Origin: Candidatus Gastranaerophilales bacterium
GTDB taxonomy: Bacteria; Cyanobacteriota; Vampirovibrionia; Gastranaerophilales; Gastranaerophilaceae
DNA length: 44,125 bases
Direction: 5' to 3'
NCBI GenBank assembly: GCA_944324035.1
Contig: CALUUU010000001.1
Coordinates: 1 to 44,125, forward strand
Positions 41,607 to 44,125 of this stretch are shown here, in pieces. The translations under genes were made by a program, and so were the position numbers. Every line of letters begins with the position of its first letter. Position 1 is the stretch's first letter. Below the pieces are notes generated by a model. That model was not told the origin of the DNA and did no database searches. It saw only the letters and a list, made by a program, of their open reading frames with translations.

Positions 41607-43127
41607 ATGTTTCAATATTTAAGCAGTTTTAGAAATATTTCCCCGCTTGGTCTTAAATATAATCATAATATTAACAATAATAATCCTGCACCGGTTTACA
41701 GAGCAGGCAATTTAGCTCCGCTCAAACAAGATACGGTATCGTTTACCGGAATGTCCGCGCCGTCGCATTACAAGTCAGTATTTGACTACCTTGCCGCAGA
41801 TATTTTGAGCAAAAATAAAAAATTTCAGGTAGACGGCAGTATGCTTTCTGCCTCAAATATAACCAAAGCTATTGATAAATTGTTTGATTTAAACAGGGTT
41901 TACGGGCCTTATACCACCTGCAGTTATGAAAAAATAAAATGGAAACCATATATTCCGCAGGATATCAGAGAGTTTTCAGTAAACAAAATTAATGATGCGC
42001 GTGCCTCTCGTCTGAAACAGTGGCAGAGATTTTTGGAAACTCCTTTTCTTGAAGAATCGGCAAAAGAGTATCCTGAATTAGCAAAAACTATTCACGATAA
42101 CAAATCATTACGCTTTGTAATATGGAATGCGGTGAATAGCGAAATCAAAAATAACAACAGGCATATTCCGGTACCGTTTGATGCAAAAGCTTTATATAAA
42201 ACAATATTAGGTTATGAAAGAATAGAACCTTTTGACAGGGCTGTCAGATGTGCGTCGCCGACATTTATAGAAATTTATACACACAGACTCCGGGATATGC
42301 TGCTGGAGGCAAAGGGGCTTTCTGATAACAAATCGGTTTGGGTAAAAATTCCTTCCATTAAAAAAGACCCTTCAAACAAAGAAGAAAATATAAGAACGCT
42401 AGAGATTTTATCTAACAAAAACTGGTGTACACGTTCAAGTGTGGATAAGGCCGAAGCAGCTCTTGAAGACGGTGATTTTTATGTTTATCTTGAAAGGGAT
42501 AAAAACAATCTTTGGAAAACTTTAGTCGGTATGACAACTTCAAAGGGCAAGATTGATCAAATTCAAGGTCAGGATAATAACAATATAATTCCGCTCACTG
42601 AACTGGAAAATATTAAAAACTATATAAAATCACAGAATTTGAAGTGCCAGTCCGATGTCATTGCAGAAGGGCCAAAGGCATTGCAGCAAATTTTAATTGC
42701 TGAAAAACTCGGCGAATATGATGAAGTTTTAGGTAAAACCCTTGATAAAGCTATCAAAGACGGTGATGATTATGCTGTGTTTAAGTTTATGACAGGCAAA
42801 GTAAGAGAACTTGAAAACGGCAAACTTGAAATAGGAACATACAGACCAAGCTATAATGCGGATACAAACAGCGGGATATCTGTTCCGTATTCAATGATGA
42901 ATATTAACGAAGATGCCCTGCTTCAAAATGTAGAAGTAATTAACGGTAATCTTATTTTAGATAATAAAAATCCGCTTTTTAATTCTTCTATTACGGTATT
43001 TCCGCCGTCACTTAAAACAGTTACGGGAAAAATAAGCTGCACACAAGAGCAATATCAGCGCTTTGGAGAAGATATAAGACGGGTTACCGGCAATAATCCT
43101 GCAAAGATTATCGTTCATAGCCGCTGA
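41607..43127 (+). CDS. Hypothetical 506-aa protein, possibly with a PcfJ-like core and an LRR-like C-terminus
   Basis: Intact ORF. The central LEILSNKNWCTRSSVDKAEAALEDGDFYVYLERDKNNLWKTLVGMTTSKGKIDQIQGQDNN resembles the conserved Cys-containing block I associate with PcfJ-like proteins. The C-terminal NVEVINGNLILDNKN..SITVFPPSLKTVTGKI is leucine-rich-repeat-like. The family assignment is tentative. Confidence 0.6.
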   Translation: MFQYLSSFRNISPLGLKYNHNINNNNPAPVYRAGNLAPLKQDTVSFTGMSAPSHYKSVFDYLAADILSKNKKFQVDGSMLSASNITKAIDKLFDLNRVYGPYTTCSYEKIKWKPYIPQDIREFSVNKINDARASRLKQWQRFLETPFLEESAKEYPELAKTIHDNKSLRFVIWNAVNSEIKNNNRHIPVPFDAKALYKTILGYERIEPFDRAVRCASPTFIEIYTHRLRDMLLEAKGLSDNKSVWVKIPSIKKDPSNKEENIRTLEILSNKNWCTRSSVDKAEAALEDGDFYVYLERDKNNLWKTLVGMTTSKGKIDQIQGQDNNNIIPLTELENIKNYIKSQNLKCQSDVIAEGPKALQQILIAEKLGEYDEVLGKTLDKAIKDGDDYAVFKFMTGKVRELENGKLEIGTYRPSYNADTNSGISVPYSMMNINEDALLQNVEVINGNLILDNKNPLFNSSITVFPPSLKTVTGKISCTQEQYQRFGEDIRRVTGNNPAKIIVHSR

Positions 43128-43129
43128 TA

Positions 43130-44125
43130 TCAGATTATCTCTAAATGACAGAGCTGCTTGTATTCGCAGTACTTGCAGGTATCGCTTTTATTATTACATA
43201 CTCCGTCAAATTTTAGTGCTTTGATATTTGTATAAACTTCTTTTATTTTATTTTCAATATATGCCGTATCTTCCGCGGTAAGCTGTTTGTATACATTTTT
43301 TTCAGGGTTTTCAACATAAATCAACCCTGTGCGGGAAACTTTTTTGCCTGTGAGTTTTTCAAAAGCATATTTATAAAAACATAACTGGTTGTAATAGCCT
43401 TCTTTTTCTTCTCCCGGAGCTACTTTTGCTTCACTGACAGGCATGCCTGTTTTGTAGTCGTAAAGTTCATATGTGCCGTCTTTGTTCACTTCTATACGGT
43501 CAATCTTACCTGAAATAAAGTCCTCTCCGACTTGAACTGCATCAAGTGACAGTTCTATATTTTCTATTCTGTCATATGGTATTTCGACAAATTTCGGATA
43601 GTAATTTTTAAGTGCTGTTTCTCCGCGTTTCAAAAACATTTCTCTTTTTGCATCCGTTGAAAACGCAACTTTTCCCATTAATGATTTAAATAGTTTTAAA
43701 GTTTCTTCAAAAGACGGATAATGACCGGATTTTTTTGCAATTCTGACAGCATTTTCAAAAACAGCATGCATTGCAGTACCAAAGTTTGCATTATCCCATT
43801 CTTTATCCTCAATATCTATGCCCATAACTTTTATGTAGAAAAATCTGCGCGGGCATTTTATGTAATCATTTAATCGCGAAGGACTCAGGACTATTTTTTT
43901 GATTTGTTCTTTAATTTCATCTTCAAGAATTTTGCGGTTATCAATTGTTTCTTTGGAAACAGAACGGACAAATTCCTGCATAAAATCTTCATCGTTATAT
44001 TCAAACTGTTCTTTTTCAAAGTCAAAGTTTGTGACAGGCGCAAGAAATTTTGTAATCTGCTGCGCTTTATCTCCGTCGTTGTCGGCAAAAGAAAGCGTAA
44101 GTCCGTATTTTGCACGTGTAATCCC
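43130..44125 (-). CDS. UvrD/PcrA-type helicase C-terminus fused to a Cas4/AddB-type Fe-S PD-(D/E)XK nuclease (5' partial; continues beyond the window)
   Basis: The frame stays open from 43981 to the window edge and reads GITRAKYGLTLSF (helicase motif VI). The nuclease part has CPRRFFY ... IDRIE ... LYDYKTG ... YYNQLCFYKY ... C(x6)C(x2)C(x5)C (CNNKSDTCKYCEYKQLC). Confidence 0.8.
   Translation of the reverse strand, partial: GITRAKYGLTLSFADNDGDKAQQITKFLAPVTNFDFEKEQFEYNDEDFMQEFVRSVSKETIDNRKILEDEIKEQIKKIVLSPSRLNDYIKCPRRFFYIKVMGIDIEDKEWDNANFGTAMHAVFENAVRIAKKSGHYPSFEETLKLFKSLMGKVAFSTDAKREMFLKRGETALKNYYPKFVEIPYDRIENIELSLDAVQVGEDFISGKIDRIEVNKDGTYELYDYKTGMPVSEAKVAPGEEKEGYYNQLCFYKYAFEKLTGKKVSRTGLIYVENPEKNVYKQLTAEDTAYIENKIKEVYTNIKALKFDGVCNNKSDTCKYCEYKQLCHLEII

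Overview
This is a low-GC (roughly one-third G+C) bacterial window that is densely coding, with many 1-8 nt gene overlaps. TGA is used as a stop codon, so the standard code 11 applies. The gene content suggests a gut-type diderm, possibly Melainabacteria/Gastranaerophilales-like: a prepilin-type pilin with an FTLAEV N-terminus, LolA/MMPL lipid export, and LpxL-like and WecA-like enzymes. That taxonomic guess is inference only.

Four blocks stand out:

1. 1588-13423: a complete aryl-polyene (APE)-type type II PKS/FAS-like lipid cluster arranged as two divergent operons. It encodes 3 KS-type proteins, a KR, 2 hotdog dehydratases, 2 ACPs, an adenylating enzyme, a thioesterase, a LolA-like carrier, an MMPL exporter, 2 acyltransferases and a PPTase.
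2. 16760-28252: a single 11.5 kb gene for a 3,830-aa protein with no signal peptide. It strings together LysM repeats, a Gly-rich hydrophobic segment, an R-S-ExE ADP-ribosyltransferase module, an HExxH zincin module, a RelA/SpoT-type (toxSAS-like) nucleotide pyrophosphokinase module and a C-terminal Cys-containing domain. I consider this the most interesting object in the window.
3. 32866-33045: a pilin-like gene whose leader carries an 11-nt homopolymer inside a Shine-Dalgarno-led uORF, together with an inverted repeat that would sequester the start codon.
4. 39982-44125: a WYL-regulator locus next to an uncharacterised 506-aa protein and a partial UvrD-helicase/Fe-S nuclease fusion.

The rest is housekeeping (eno, glyA, gloA, rimI, a bioY-like gene, a WecA-like gene, tRNA-Ala) plus several hypothetical proteins. 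No rRNA genes, CRISPR arrays or intact mobile elements were seen. The only mobile-element trace is a decayed integrase remnant next to the tRNA.
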